Source: Sarea resinae (Eukaryota). From it: a DNA stretch of 64,000 nt. The notes beneath the pieces were generated by a model. It worked only from the letters and a program-made list of their open reading frames with translations. It did not search any database and was not told where the DNA came from. This document shows positions 25,126 through 37,659 of the stretch, one piece after another. The position numbers were made by a program, and so were the translations under genes. The stretch lies in the NCBI GenBank assembly GCA_026026165.1, contig JAPEUD010000024.1, positions 124,001 to 188,000 on the forward strand, written 5' to 3'. Each line of letters opens with the position of its first letter. Position 1 is the stretch's first letter.

Positions 25126-26376
25126 TTATCGCTCCACAGATGCTGCAAAACCCTCACTGTCGCAGCCCGGAAGTGGGGCGCCAGGATTTGATTGCACGCT
25201 AATCTCTGTAGCGAATTGATCTGAAGGATTGAACTCGCCGAATTGGTACATAGGCTCGTCCAGTAGGCCTTCCAGGCCTTGAACGGAACGGGTAGGCTGG
25301 CCGGCATTGAGATCAATAAATTGATCAAAAAACAAAGACTTCGGTTCAGACATATCTCCGTTGGAAGGTTCCAGCCAGTCGTTGAGGAGCCAAGCACCTG
25401 GTGCAGGGGATGCATCAGACTTGGGAAAGAACCCCGGGTAATCGTCATTAGAGTCGTGCACGCGTACACCTTCAGGAGAACCATCATGGCGAGGAGTGGA
25501 CGGTGTTGTTCCGAGACTGCTTCGACGACTCCCAATTGACACTGCTGGTCATTTGGAATTTCACACAACGGCTCTGCAGGACGTTGTGTCGAATTGGGAG
25601 TCATGGCAGGGGCAACCACTGTCGTTGTCGATGGGAAGGAGATGCACGTGAGAGGATCCACCGATTCTTGTAATGGAGTTGGCGGTGACGGGGAAGGCGG
25701 AAACGACGTTCGAGGGTCTACTGTCGTTTGTATTGGGCTATCAGGGGCACGAGACACTGAAGCCGTGTAATCAAAGTCGAGAAGGTCGCGCGAAAGAGTC
25801 TTGGAACCGGTGTCGGTTCCACCCTCCAAGGCCCTGATGTGACGAGACATCATCTCGAGCTTCTGTTCGAGCTCAAGCTTTTCATCTCTGACCTGCTTGA
25901 AGTCATGAAAGAGTTTTTCGGCGCGTTCTTCCGCGGCCTTCTTTTCATTCTCAAGCTTTTCGTATGCTTCTCGCTTCTTTTCTCGGGATGTCTGCGCCGC
26001 ATTACGATTGCGCATGATGCGTTCGACTCGACGCTGTTCCTTTTCAGCCTGTGTCTTGGCCCGTTTCCTAGTCCTGTTAGGTCGGTGAAGTTTGTAAGGC
26101 AAGAAAGATAACATACCGAGGCGGGAGATTAGTTGTCGGCGTTGGTAACACTTGGCCCCATGCCTTGCGCTTCTTAGGTTGCTTCTTCTCGGGCAGCGGT
26201 GATGTGAGCGACGCGAGCTGAGAGGACTCCGGAGACGCCGAGAACTCTGGCAGTGATGATGAAAAAGATCCCGTCCGGCTTTTTGTGAAGGTGGAACTGG
26301 CGAGATCTTCGTCCATATCGGCGGCCTCGATAGAATTCGGTGGAAATGCCTCTCGAGGATTACACGTCGGATCCAT
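25126..26376 (-). CDS. HAC1: UPR bZIP transcription factor HacA/Hac1; spliceosomal intron 26116-26068 and Ire1-type intron 25576-25545. Induced form stops at 25126, uninduced form at 24930.
   Basis: KKRKAWGQVLPTPTTNLPPR|KRAKTQAEKEQRRVERIMRNRNAAQTSREKKR. TQRPA then CTG^CAG...CAG^CAG in twin 7-nt loops. Removal gives RPAVSIG. Confidence 0.93.
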
Positions 26377-27886
26377 AACAGGATAAACAAGTAGTGGTGC
26401 ACAGCGGGAGGAATGTCGAAGCTGTAGCGCCGTTGGATATCTGATGGGTGGCTAAGGTAGTGTGTCAAGCCGACGTGGAAAGGGTAGGTCTGATATGGAC
26501 GTGGGAAAGGCGAATGCCGTTGTGACTCAGTGGCGGTGCCGCGTCATATTTTTCGATAGTGAGTGCAGTCGCAAATGGTCGATATCCCGAGGTCTATCTT
26601 AGTCTGATCGGAAGGGAGGGGCGGGTGAATGTGTGGATGGAGATGGACAGACAGAGTGGTATTGGGACGAACGGGCGTGGAAGATGGAAGAGGACAGATT
26701 GCACGATTATATACCTTATGCTCAGGCAGACGCGAAATAAGGAGGAAGGAGGAAGGAGGTTACCTTACATAGTACAGTGGAGAGAAGGGGAACCTCCACC
26801 TTGGAAGACTCGTACCGCATGCATGTTGGAAGGTACCCGGCTGGACGCTCGGACGGGAGCGAGAGCCGACGGCTGAAACGCGACGACAATGGAAGCAGAC
26901 AAAGGACCTGGAAGGTACCTCACGAGGCCGGTGTCAGATGTTGGGTACTTTGGGAATCACCTGCCGCCAGGAGCCTTGAGAAGTACTACGTAGTATCCGG
27001 GCGACATCAGCCCGGTACGGCAGGTCCTCTCTTGGTACTCCGAACTCCGTTGGCGCTAGATGCGTAAGGAAGGCGAATAAGACGACATGACGAGCGTACG
27101 AGATACGAGGCGCTACGTACTCCTCTCTGCTGCTGCCTCCCGAGGTATCGAGGCTGCAAAGGGGGCGGCCCCCCCAATCACTCACTCAGTACTTCAGTAC
27201 TCCGAGGAGTAGCCTCCGTGTGCACTGCCTGCTCCGTTACCACCAAGAATAGAGTACCTGACCTACCTAGCTTGGCTAGCGACTAACCTGCGTACTCCGA
27301 GTACCTACCTTACTGAGACACCCGACCTACTTCAGTACTATGTATGTAGGGGAGGAATGCAGGAGTGCAACGCATCCAATACGACAACCACACCACGCCT
27401 CCTCCATCATGGATGTATCTAGGTATCTAACAGCTGGCCTTGGCCCCCTCCCTGGCCGAGTCCTCGGCGCCCCAGTCCGCAAAGGCATACGCAACGTATT
27501 CCGGATGAGAGTGCAGAAGACAGAGAGATTATCGGCACTGTCAATGCAGGGCTTTCAGCGGACTCCGAGATATAATAGAATTTGATGTTTGGTGGGATGC
27601 GGACGAGGTGCTAGACGATATAGTACTTTTAGCAGTTCCACACTTCGTACTCGAGTAGCCTTCAAGAAGATCGAGATACATCATCCCACCGGCGTTCATT
27701 CGATGCCATGATTACGCAGTACTATGCAAAAGCCTGATAGAGTAGGAGGTTTGAATATCCACTATCATGGATGCCAGCATGCCAAGACCATAGGGTGGCG
27801 GTTTCCCTCCCACTCAGTCTCACAACCTTAATACCGGAGTAGAGCTATCAATGTGCAACATATACCTTATTGAATGCCATTCTGTC

Positions 27887-28005
27887 ACATACGGCCATAG
27901 GTTGTGTAAAATAGAGGATCCCGTCCGCTCTCCTGTACTCAAATCACAAACCGGCAGATTAGTAGTTGGGTCGGTGACGACCAGCGAATACCTGCTGCTG
28001 TATGT
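27887..28005 (+). rRNA. Dispersed 5S rRNA gene, copy A
   Basis: 119 nt, ACATACGGCCATAG...GATCCCGTCCGCTC...TTAGTAGTTGGGTCGGTGACGACCAGCGAATA...GCTGTATGT. Followed by a T-run, with TATA about 25 bp upstream. Confidence 0.97.
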
Positions 28006-28612
28006 TTTGATTTTTTTTTGGCCTCGTTCTTTGGCCTCGTTCTTTGGCCTCGTTCACCAAGTAAAGACGTCGGAGAACAGGGGTAAAAGCTTCCTTTTAT
28101 GATGGGCGTCTTATTGTCCGGTTGGTATCGTCGTAGTATCCTCGGCCACATGAAATATTGTTCTGTCCTGTGTTGTGCGCGATACAGCATTGCTTGCTTG
28201 AGAGCGACTACAGGTGGTGGAACAGAATGGTAAGCATTCAGTAGCAGGCTGATGAGGTTTTCTGCCTATGAGATTTTTAATCATTTGTGCGTATTGGATG
28301 GCTTATAGTATACCTTCCCCTAAACAACATGAATTCGTATCATAAACATCCCACTGTTATTTTCCACACGATATATTACTGAAAAGGGAATAAACCTGTT
28401 GATAGCTGATAGACCGATATATTGACTGGAACCAAGAAAGAAGAACGCCTGTGCTAATGCCGATGCCGATGCCAATGCTAGTGGTGGTATGGGGAATAGG
28501 TAATGGGAAGCACTATGTACCTAGATGGGGGGAGATATCTAGACTGAAACTTGAAGTGATAGAGAGAGAGAGCTCATTCATCGCTTCGCGGAGGCAGAAT
28601 TGCGAAGACAGA

Positions 28613-30971
28613 TTAGAAGACCTAAGTAGAAAAAAATCCAAATTAGCTCCCGGTTGAATATGAAAAGTCACATCAATGTAATGATCGTGCCAAAAAGCAT
28701 AAACAACTTACAGCGCCATCCAAGATAAACACTCTTTCCTCCTCCCGCTTAACCCACTGCACGACTTTGTTGGCTCCCTGCGCCAGCGCGTTGCGCGTCG
28801 TGTTCGGACCCGCGACCGCGTAGAGCTCGAAGATAGGTGTCAGCCATGCCAGCGAGATGGAGTCGCGTGAGACAGTATGCGCGACTTTGAGGTGTGATGT
28901 TTTGGTGTGCAAGGAGGATGAGAGCGTCGAGTAGAGTGTGTGAAGCCTGAATCGTTTCGTCAATTTGAGAGGGAACGCGGGAGAAACAGAAGTGGAGTAG
29001 AGCTAAAAGGGGGATGGCGGAACTGCGGGAAAATATGGAAGAGGGCATGAGAAAGAATAGTTGACGCACTTTCGACGCGAAAGGGTGGTATCGAAATGAG
29101 GTGCAAATGCTGGCATGGCGAATTGCACGTTCGCGCGAGATTTATACAGGAAGTGCCTTAGCACGGTGCCCGGGACTATGTCTGTGGCCGTGGGACGGCC
29201 GTGGCGTACTGCGCGCTTGATGATTTCTAGACTGCCATTTTGTGCAAGTTGCTGCGAGGGTGAGCGAAAGAAACGGAGAGAGAAAGGGGTAGCTTACTTG
29301 GACGACGTCGTCACGCATTTTCTTGAGTTCGAAGAAGCTCTCTTTCTTTGGGCTGATGAGGAGAACGGCGACTTCGTCTTCTCGCTTAGATGATGAGGTT
29401 GGTCGGTCTTGGTCATGATCCTCCTGACCGTAGGCATTGGAGTCTCCATTGTTCGCATTGTCCTCCAGCGCACTGAGGAAGCTGACGTACATGTACAGGT
29501 AGCCCCGATTGTTGAATCCAGGAAGACATAAGGGGATCCAATTCTCGCCGCCACCAGCCCGGACGCCCTCAGCCTCGAAAAGCATGTTGAATATCAGCTG
29601 TAGGTCGCTAGGATGCAGTGAGTGCTTCTTGGGTCGGACGACACTGACTAGTCGACCCCCGGCTACGATGAGACCGTATAGAAGGCTTTCGGTTCGGCAC
29701 TTGAGTAGCGTGCTATTGATGACTTGACGTTGCGATTTGCGTAGCTTCAGGGCTTCAAGCGCGTTCAGCAGAGTTGAGGTCGAACCACGCGTGAAGGAGT
29801 CGGCGAGGGAAGATAGAAGTGGTTCTGTGCCTTGGAGGGGCCGGCGCAGATCCGTAGAGGGACGATTTGAGAAAATATGGGTCAGATTTGGAAGAGTAAG
29901 AGTAGACAGGATCTGCATGTAAAGAGCGCTCAATTGAGCACGTAGCTGTGAATCGCTTTCGCCGAGGCGGCTGATGGCGACGAGATAAAGGGGCCCTTCG
30001 GTTAGGATCACGAAGCGCACGCTGCCGGCGGTGAAGGCTTTGAGGGGGTCAGAGCCGCCTTGATAGAAGGAAATGATGGTTTGAATGATGCCGACATAAT
30101 TAGAAATGAGGTTGTCGTCCCCATGACGGCTGTAGATAGGTTTTCCCGCCGCAGAGAGTATAATGAAATGTTTGAGGCGCGATTGCCAAGATTTCAGCAC
30201 GACCTCTTCATTGGACCCATCCTGCTTTATTTCCTCTAGTTCCTCAAATTCGTGGCTAAATGATTCTTCGAAGTCGTTGTCTTCGATCATGGGCGCATCA
30301 AATGTGTTTGCAGTCCCCATACGCGCGCCTATCATATTCTGCGCGACGCTCTGATGCTCCGATCCCAATACTTCCCCAAGCAGGCTCTCCACATCGCCTG
30401 CACTTTCCAAGGTGGGCCCGTAGCTTCGAACGCTGGCTGTGTCTTCTGAACCACTCCCAGCGCGACTTGAAAATCGCCCACTGCCATAGCCTTTGGCTGA
30501 CTGTGCAGACGTGTCTTTTGCATTCGGAGTAGAGTAAGTCTCTCTCGAGCCGTCGCCGTACGATTGCGTTTGTATGTCAGTCAGAGAGAGGGCGGTGGTT
30601 GCTTTAGACTGAAGTGCAGGCCTGGGGCTTGTCCGTGGTACTTGAAGACCTCCTTTTGGGGCCGGTGGCTGCTCGTCAAGGAGCTGCAGGTTGCTCGGGC
30701 GTCGCGGAGGTAGTGGAGGCGCGTTTTCTTGTTCCTGTCCGACTTGGCTTTGAGAGGAAGAAGGAGGAACATTCGAAGCATTTTCCAAATGAATGTTGTC
30801 CCGAGGCTTGTCTTCCGAGTTAGTCTGGCCATGCGATTCTATCGATGCTTGTGGAATGGGGTTTGAGGATTGCGGTATCGCAGAACGCTCCGCGGCGTCT
30901 TTCTTTGATTCGCTTTCGACATCTTTCCCAGATGATGTTTTATACTCTGATCCATCTGAAGTTTCTGCCAT
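28613..30971 (-). CDS. MON1: Vacuolar fusion protein Mon1 (Ypt7/Rab7 GEF subunit); large first exon 30971-~29298 plus three small 3' exons
   Basis: [87 protein letters not shown]. Confidence 0.93.
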
Positions 30972-31315
30972 GCTATTCTCACCGGCAGCAAAGCCCCGAG
31001 AATGGATGGCCGGTCAGCGTGAGGAGCACACGCAAGGGCGACGAGGTGGTTGTTGTTCTTCAATCCAGGATATGAATGAAGCTCGAGACCTAATCTGTCA
31101 TTGATAGCTACGGTGGCCAAAAGTGACATCAACTGCTCGGTTGAAAGTGAACACCAAACCAAATTGCAAGAAGTGACGCGTTAGCTGCCTACGCAGTATA
31201 CCTTCTGGGAATTTATAATGGGATCACCCACCTGATCCGAATGCTTCAGCCGTTCACTGCACACCCAAGACTTCGACATCACTCATGATAGTCCAGTACG
31301 GCTTCGAGAGTCGCG

Positions 31316-34300
31316 ATGAGCCCTGAGCCTGGCAGCAATCAGCGATCTGCATCCCCTGCGAGCTCTGGCCGCTCTTCGCCCGTCAACCGTCCCTCTCGAG
31401 CTCGACTGGAAGATGGTGAGTCGAAACTACTTCCCGTCTCCTGAGCTGTCGCCTTCCCCTTGGAAACATGGAGTCTAATTTCCTAACTTCGCCTTGATCT
31501 TCTAGTCTTGTATAAAAAGGATAAGTCGTACCGGCGGTATGCCTCGGGGATAGAGAGAGCACTTTCACTCTTCGATACAGCTCTCCAGGAATGGGCCGAT
31601 TATATCTCATTCCTGGGCCGCCTGCTCAAGGTAAGAATCGGAATTGCAACGCTCTAGTCGTCTTCTGACAATTGGTACTAGGCTCTCCAAGCTCATCCCT
31701 CCACTGTCGCCGTTGTTCCACACAAAGCTACGGTTGCAAAGCGGCTTGCGCAATGTCTGAATCCTTCATTACCCTCTGGAGTCCACCAAAAGGCTCTGGA
31801 GGTCTATGGATATATCTTTTCACTGATAGGCGTATGTGCACATCCCTCAGGAAATGTTCCTTTTGCGTATGCCCCGAGAGCTAATTCGAGATACCTTATA
31901 GCGAGATACTCTCTCTCGTGACCTGCCCCTCTACTTTCCAGGTCTCTCCTCGACGTTGTCTTTCGCATCCCTTTCTGTTCGGCCAGCTTTTCTCTCGCTT
32001 CTCGAGTCGCATTTGCTTCAGCTTGACCCGAACGCTCTTCATCCGGCTTTGAAAGCCATTATATTAACTCTCTTACCTGGACTGGAAGAGGAGACAAGTG
32101 ACGATTTCGAAAGAACCCTAGGCATTCTCGACGGCTTTAGAGCAGCAATAAGCAGCCCTGTGCGTAGGGAGAAGACAAGCCTGTCAGACGACTCGGGTGA
32201 TGCATTTTTCTGGCAATGCTTCTTCCTCGCTTCTATTACAAGCCCGAGTCGTAGACAAGGGGCATTGGCATTCCTTAATCGCAAGCTCCCAAAACTTGGT
32301 TCCACTCCAGCGAATGCGGCAACAAAAAAGAAGACAGCGCACGGTGAAGAGCTCAACGGCCATGACACCAACTCCATAGCCTCGAAAGCCGTCGTTTCCC
32401 CAGAGCCAGGCTTGCTCATCCGCTGTCTGGCAGCTGGCCTTTCTGACGAACAAATATTGATTCAGAGGGGCTTTTTAGACCTTCTGGTAACTCATCTCCC
32501 GCTGAATTCCCCCGTTCTACACCAAAATGTCACCCCAGAAGATCTTGAACGGCTTGTGGCTGCTGCTGCTGGTGTGGTAGCTCGAAGAGATATGAGCCTG
32601 AACAGAAGATTATGGACTTGGCTTTTAGGGCCCGAGAACATCTCTGCTGGTGACGAAGAGGCTTTACTAGGCGCCTCTCAGTCACCAGATGCGAATGGGT
32701 CCTTGCCCCTCAATGAAAGAGTAGGCTCTGTCAGGTCCCAATATTTCAGTCAATACGGCCTTCAGCCGCTGGTTCATAGCATACACAACATGGTCAAGCG
32801 AGATGCGAGCTCTTCCACCGAAAGAGCTCGACCTTTTCGTATTTGTCTGTCTTTGATGGATCGCTGGGAAGTCGGTGGGCTACTTGTACCAGAAATTTTC
32901 ATGCCAGCGATCGAGAACGTGCGGCAGTACAAAGAGATAGCTTCCTCAACGGAGGAGTTCAACGAAGTCTTGAGGAGCGCCAGCGTGTTTTTCGATGGGG
33001 TAGAGAGTGGTCTGATCTGGGGGGAACTTGTTGGAGTGATTGCTTCTGCCTTAAGTGACGAAGAGTCCAGCCCTCAAAGCAGGCTCGATAAATTACTGCT
33101 TGTTCAATTTGTGATAACACATTTTAATGTGCGGGAAGAAGAAATGCTGATCATCCATATGCCAATGGTAGCTCTTGCGCTTTTGGTGATGATTAGACAG
33201 ACGGATTCGCGAGAGCGCATGAAACCTGGAAATTTCTCTCAGCGAATACTAAGCTTGTCACTAGCTATCGCTCATGATTTGACGGAAATGATCCCCGAGC
33301 GAGCGTTTCTGATGGAATCATCTGCAGCAGGGTCTGTACCCCTGGGACGGCAAGGTCACGAATGGACGCTATCGAATAGCGAGATCTTAGGCAGCATTCG
33401 AGAGTTCTATGTCAACGACCAAGGAAATCTAGACGCCTCTAGCCCTCCTTTTTCGACAAGAGACGTTGTCGAACTCTTATTACGGGAGGTGGCGAGCTTG
33501 TTATGTCAAGAGTTACGCTCACAGTCTGCTTTTGTAACGATTGATGTCAGAACAAAACTCATGATCTCCCTTTTACGCAAAGCTCCGAGGGGAAACGCCT
33601 TCAATAGCACGGCGCTTCTCTCCTCTTTCCACCAAGTCCTCGATGCTCATTCTGGGTCTTCGCGCCGTGACGAATCATTCGCGGTTTTTTCTGCAATCAC
33701 AGGTGCTCTCACGGCTTTCCCCTCATCCGATAAAGTCCACCTGTACTTTTCTGCGACACAGATATCAGAGCTTATCCCTAAACTCGTTCGTCAGGCGTGG
33801 GTTCATCTTTCACCTGCGCATCCAAAATACCATGTTGAAACTGTCCGTTGCCTCTGGCAGCTTCAATCCGTATCTCCCCTGAATCGGGACATTGAGGCTT
33901 CGATCTCAACCCTCATGGTGGAGAATTACACGGAGGGAAATACCTCGGCCATGGCATCCGACGCGGGGAGGCGCTTTTCTGTTCTATGGACACACAGTGT
34001 TCAATCCCAGGACAAGGCACTTCAGATCTTACAAAGTTCAGACGGCAGTGCTCAGAATGGCAAAGCTACGACCACTATCTCAAGCTATGAAACGATGCTT
34101 ACTCGACCTATGTTTCTACTCCTTGATACACTGGCGGAAGAGGGAACGGAGCTTTTTCCTTTCGTAAAGGAGTGGCTCCAGACCCTTCCCAGCGTGGATA
34201 AGTAAGCATCATCCCTTCTATCATTCGTAACTCGTCGAAAGCTCTCAGCTAATAGCTCATTCCAGAGTTTTGAATATTCTCGCCCTCAAAGTACAGGCGT

Positions 34301-37300
34301 TCGAAGTCCAGCAAGCGATTCTGACGACGAATACCATGACGGACGAAGCATCCGACTTTTGTGATCCAATTGAGTACACAGACGTTGAAGAGCAATACTA
34401 TTATTTCCAGACTCTGTCGAATATCCTCAAATGGTCATCAAGCAGTACCTGGGCATCACTGGCTAATCAAAAGGCTTCTGAAATGAGTGGAGAAGAACAA
34501 GGTATGCGTGCCGTGTCTGATGTATGCCTCCCTGCTCGGCTTTCATGTTAATAGACATGCATATAGGTTCCGGAAAGGGAGCAATAAGTCTTCAAGTATT
34601 CTTCGTCCGAGCTTGCATGCGGATCTTGGATACCTCTTTCGCGACGACGGACTCAGGCTTTCTTTATCTAGCCTCGAGGCTGCGTTGTTCGGCGCTTTCC
34701 GTCTTACAGCAGATCTTGCTTGGACCTTATCCGATGCAACTCGAAGGGCTTGATCTCGAGAACGTTTTGATCGACAAGCTCATAGCATGTGTAGGCGGTC
34801 CAGATCAATTAGTTCAAGTATCACTACTAGACACGATCCTTGCTGCCTTGAAGGCAAGACAAGTGCCAACCCCAACAGCGGTCACAGCCAGACATCGCAG
34901 GGCATCTTCAAAAGGATCCTTAAGAAATTCTTCGCGCCTATCAGTAGCTACCGAACAAAGCGACAGTGCACAGGTAGCACCCCTCACTCTAGCTCCGCCT
35001 CCAAGGCTAGTCGAGTGTCTACAAAAGGGGCTGTCCTCTTCTGCGAGCCAATCGATCCTGGACAATTGGATTGGCTTTCTCATAGAATGCCTTCCTCTTT
35101 TTTCCAGCTCGATCTTTCAGGTGCTAATTCCACTTGTTGAATGTCTATGTGGACAGATAAGTCGGTCCTACGAAGAATTGAAGGACAGTTTTCGAGGTGG
35201 CCACAGCGAGAGAGAGGTTGCCCCCGAGTCTACTATCGTAGCTCTACTCAACGGTCTTGAGCATACCTTAGCAGGAGCTCATGATCGTCTCATCAGCGAA
35301 GAATATAAACGCCAGGGCACCAAGAGTCCAGATCAACCTCAAGGGTTCTTTGGCAATCTTGTCTCTGGTGTTATCAATGCCGAAACACATCAAACGCGCA
35401 GTGCGACAGCCAACAACCGTCTTACGGTATTACTATCATTTCAGGACAGTGTTGGCATATGCTTTACAATATGGTCCTGGGGGGGCTATGGGTCGATTAA
35501 TGCTAGCCAGGACGCTGCTTCCGCGGCATCCTTCAACTACATATCGCTCCGCGTACGAAATCGAGCGCGGCGTATATTAGAGCATCTTTTCTCAGCAGAA
35601 GCACTAGAATGTCTTGAGGCACTGGGAGTACTATGGCGGAATGCAATGGTCGCCAAGGGTTCTTCTCAAGCAGCTTCTGTTTTCGACCTGCTTCACGTCT
35701 TAGATGGCTCCAGGCCTAAGAACACCATACCGGCTATTTTCGATGCCATCTACAGTCGAACCAACCCTTCTGTGCTGGACTCTTCTCGCAAGTCAACACT
35801 AACTTCAGATCTGACTGAGGTGGATATCATGGCCTTTCTTGTTCAATATGCGCAATCGCTAGAAGATGATACGATGGATGAGATCTGGACGGACTGCATG
35901 ACATTCCTGCGGGATGTCCTCGCCAACCCTTTCCCCCATAGACAAATCTTACCAAAATTGCTCGAATTCACGGCTATACTAGGAGAGAAGGCTGACAATA
36001 CAAATTTTGGAGAGCAACGGAAGTTGCGAAGGGAGCTTGCAGTAAGTGAAACGCTTCAAATCCAGGCAAAATGCGGTGCATTGACGAGTAATCGCAGGAT
36101 CTCTTCGTGCGTCTCCTTACAGCAACGTTCACCACCAAACCAATGGGATTCTCACAGGAAGGTCCGACTCCTGCTCTGCATGAAAAGGCTCAACTTGATG
36201 GAGAGCAGCCCGGCCAGAGCTTAGATTCGTATCAGCTTGTGAAGTCTGATGATATCACCACCATTCTTACAAGTATTGTGCCGAAACTACCTCAGGTTAT
36301 TCTCGAGCACGACCGTATCGTTGCCGCTATCTCAACAATTTCTACTAATGTCATCGTACCTACGTTTCGCTCACGATCATTTCCTGACAATGTCACGAAA
36401 AATATCCTTGATCTTCTCTATCAGCTCGCTAGGATTCCTGATGCTGCTAAGACGTGGCGAAGAGATATTGCAGAGGCGTTTAATGATGCCAGATTCTTTT
36501 CTTTTCCACTGAGCCTGGTTCAGGGGAATTGGCTTCCTTTACTACGGCAGTGGGCCCTCAGTGATAAGGATCGTATGCCAGAGCTTCTATCGCGACTTTC
36601 TGCTCCTACAACGGCTGGCATCATGTTTGGTGTCGGAGCCTCATCGGCGCGTCTCGAAGCCGATCGCAGAACTCAGCTGAATCTCCGACGCATCGCGCTA
36701 CTTGTTCTGGCAGCTACTGAAGACAATTTTGTAGCCAACCTCTCTAGCTTGCAGGAAAAGCTAGTTGAATTGATGGCCGCCACAGCCGCGACCTCGCCTT
36801 CCTCGGCTACCCGAGCCGAAATCTTCCTGGTCGTGCGCAGTCTGGTTTTGAAGGTCTCGCCCATCCATTTGGCGCCTTTATGGCCAATTATCACGTCCGA
36901 GCTGCAGGCCGCTCTCTCCTCGATTGTCCCTGACACCACCAACTCGGCGACAGACGTCTACAACAACATTTCCATCTTCCAGGCCTGCAAACTCCTCGAC
37001 ACGCTCCTAACGATTGCACCAGACGAGTTCCAACTTCATGAATGGCTTTTCGTGACCGACACCATTGACGCCGTCTACCGGCCTCCGGGATTCAGCCCCA
37101 TCGCACTCGTCGATGAACTCGCTGAGGAACTCGGTTCTTCATCCATCACGCCCACGGCTGGCATCAATTCACCCCGACACACGCCAGCTCCCAGCACAAG
37201 CTTCCCCGGCTTCTCCAGCCCAACGGCCAATGCCAAGTCAACGGGACGGCGTCCCCTCCTTCATCTCTCGCGCGTCCCACCAAAGATCAAGAGAGAAGAC

Positions 37301-37447
37301 CTCGTTGCCCAGATCCTCCGGCCGTTCTTCAGTCAGCTTAGCATCTGGGCGTTCGAGAGCGTGTACGGCATGGGGGCCCCGGAGAGGGAGGTCTGCGTCC
37401 AGGGTCTCTTGGCCGATTTGTGCGACGAGGGGACTATCGTGGGTTGA
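31316..37447 (+). CDS. DOP1: Dopey/Dop1 (DopA) trafficking protein; ~7 exons (31316-31415, 31506-31630, 31682-31831, 31902-34201, 34267-34501, 34567-36041, 36098-37447)
   Basis: N-terminal EWADYISFLGRLLK|ALQ, KRLAQCLNPSLPSGVHQKALEVY, LLPGLEEETS, RDMSLNRRLWTW. C-terminal NLRRIA, HLAPLWP, ACKLLD, FQLHEWLF. Confidence 0.93.
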
Positions 37448-37659
37448 ACGAACAGGTGCTCGCTCGCTCGCTTGCTCTGTTTCATCGGATGATCGTGCTA
37501 GGAGGGGCCAGAATGAAGATTTAGGTAGTAGCTAGGGTTGAAGTCGGGGGGAGGGAGGGAGGGAGAGCCTGTGGGGAATGGAAGGTGGATTCATTGGATC
37601 CCCCCAAAAGGCGTGTTTGGGCGTTTCTTCGAGTTTCAAAGGCTTGTTTTTCATGGCTG

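Noticed and set aside
24930..26468. 512-aa ORF as the HAC1 protein
   Set aside because: Its N-terminus is the wrong frame read through the 49-nt spliceosomal intron. The real start is 26376, and the induced C-terminus is in another frame.
28018..28056. (TTGGCCTCGTTCT)x3 and other short direct repeats (5759-5780; 12199-12220) as CRISPR-like or mobile-element ends
   Set aside because: They are spacerless slippage repeats in a eukaryotic genome, with no cas or transposase genes.
27851..28102. Similar short ORFs at 27851 and 61384 (IEDPVRSPVLK...) suggesting a duplicated peptide gene
   Set aside because: The similarity is entirely due to the two 5S rRNA genes.
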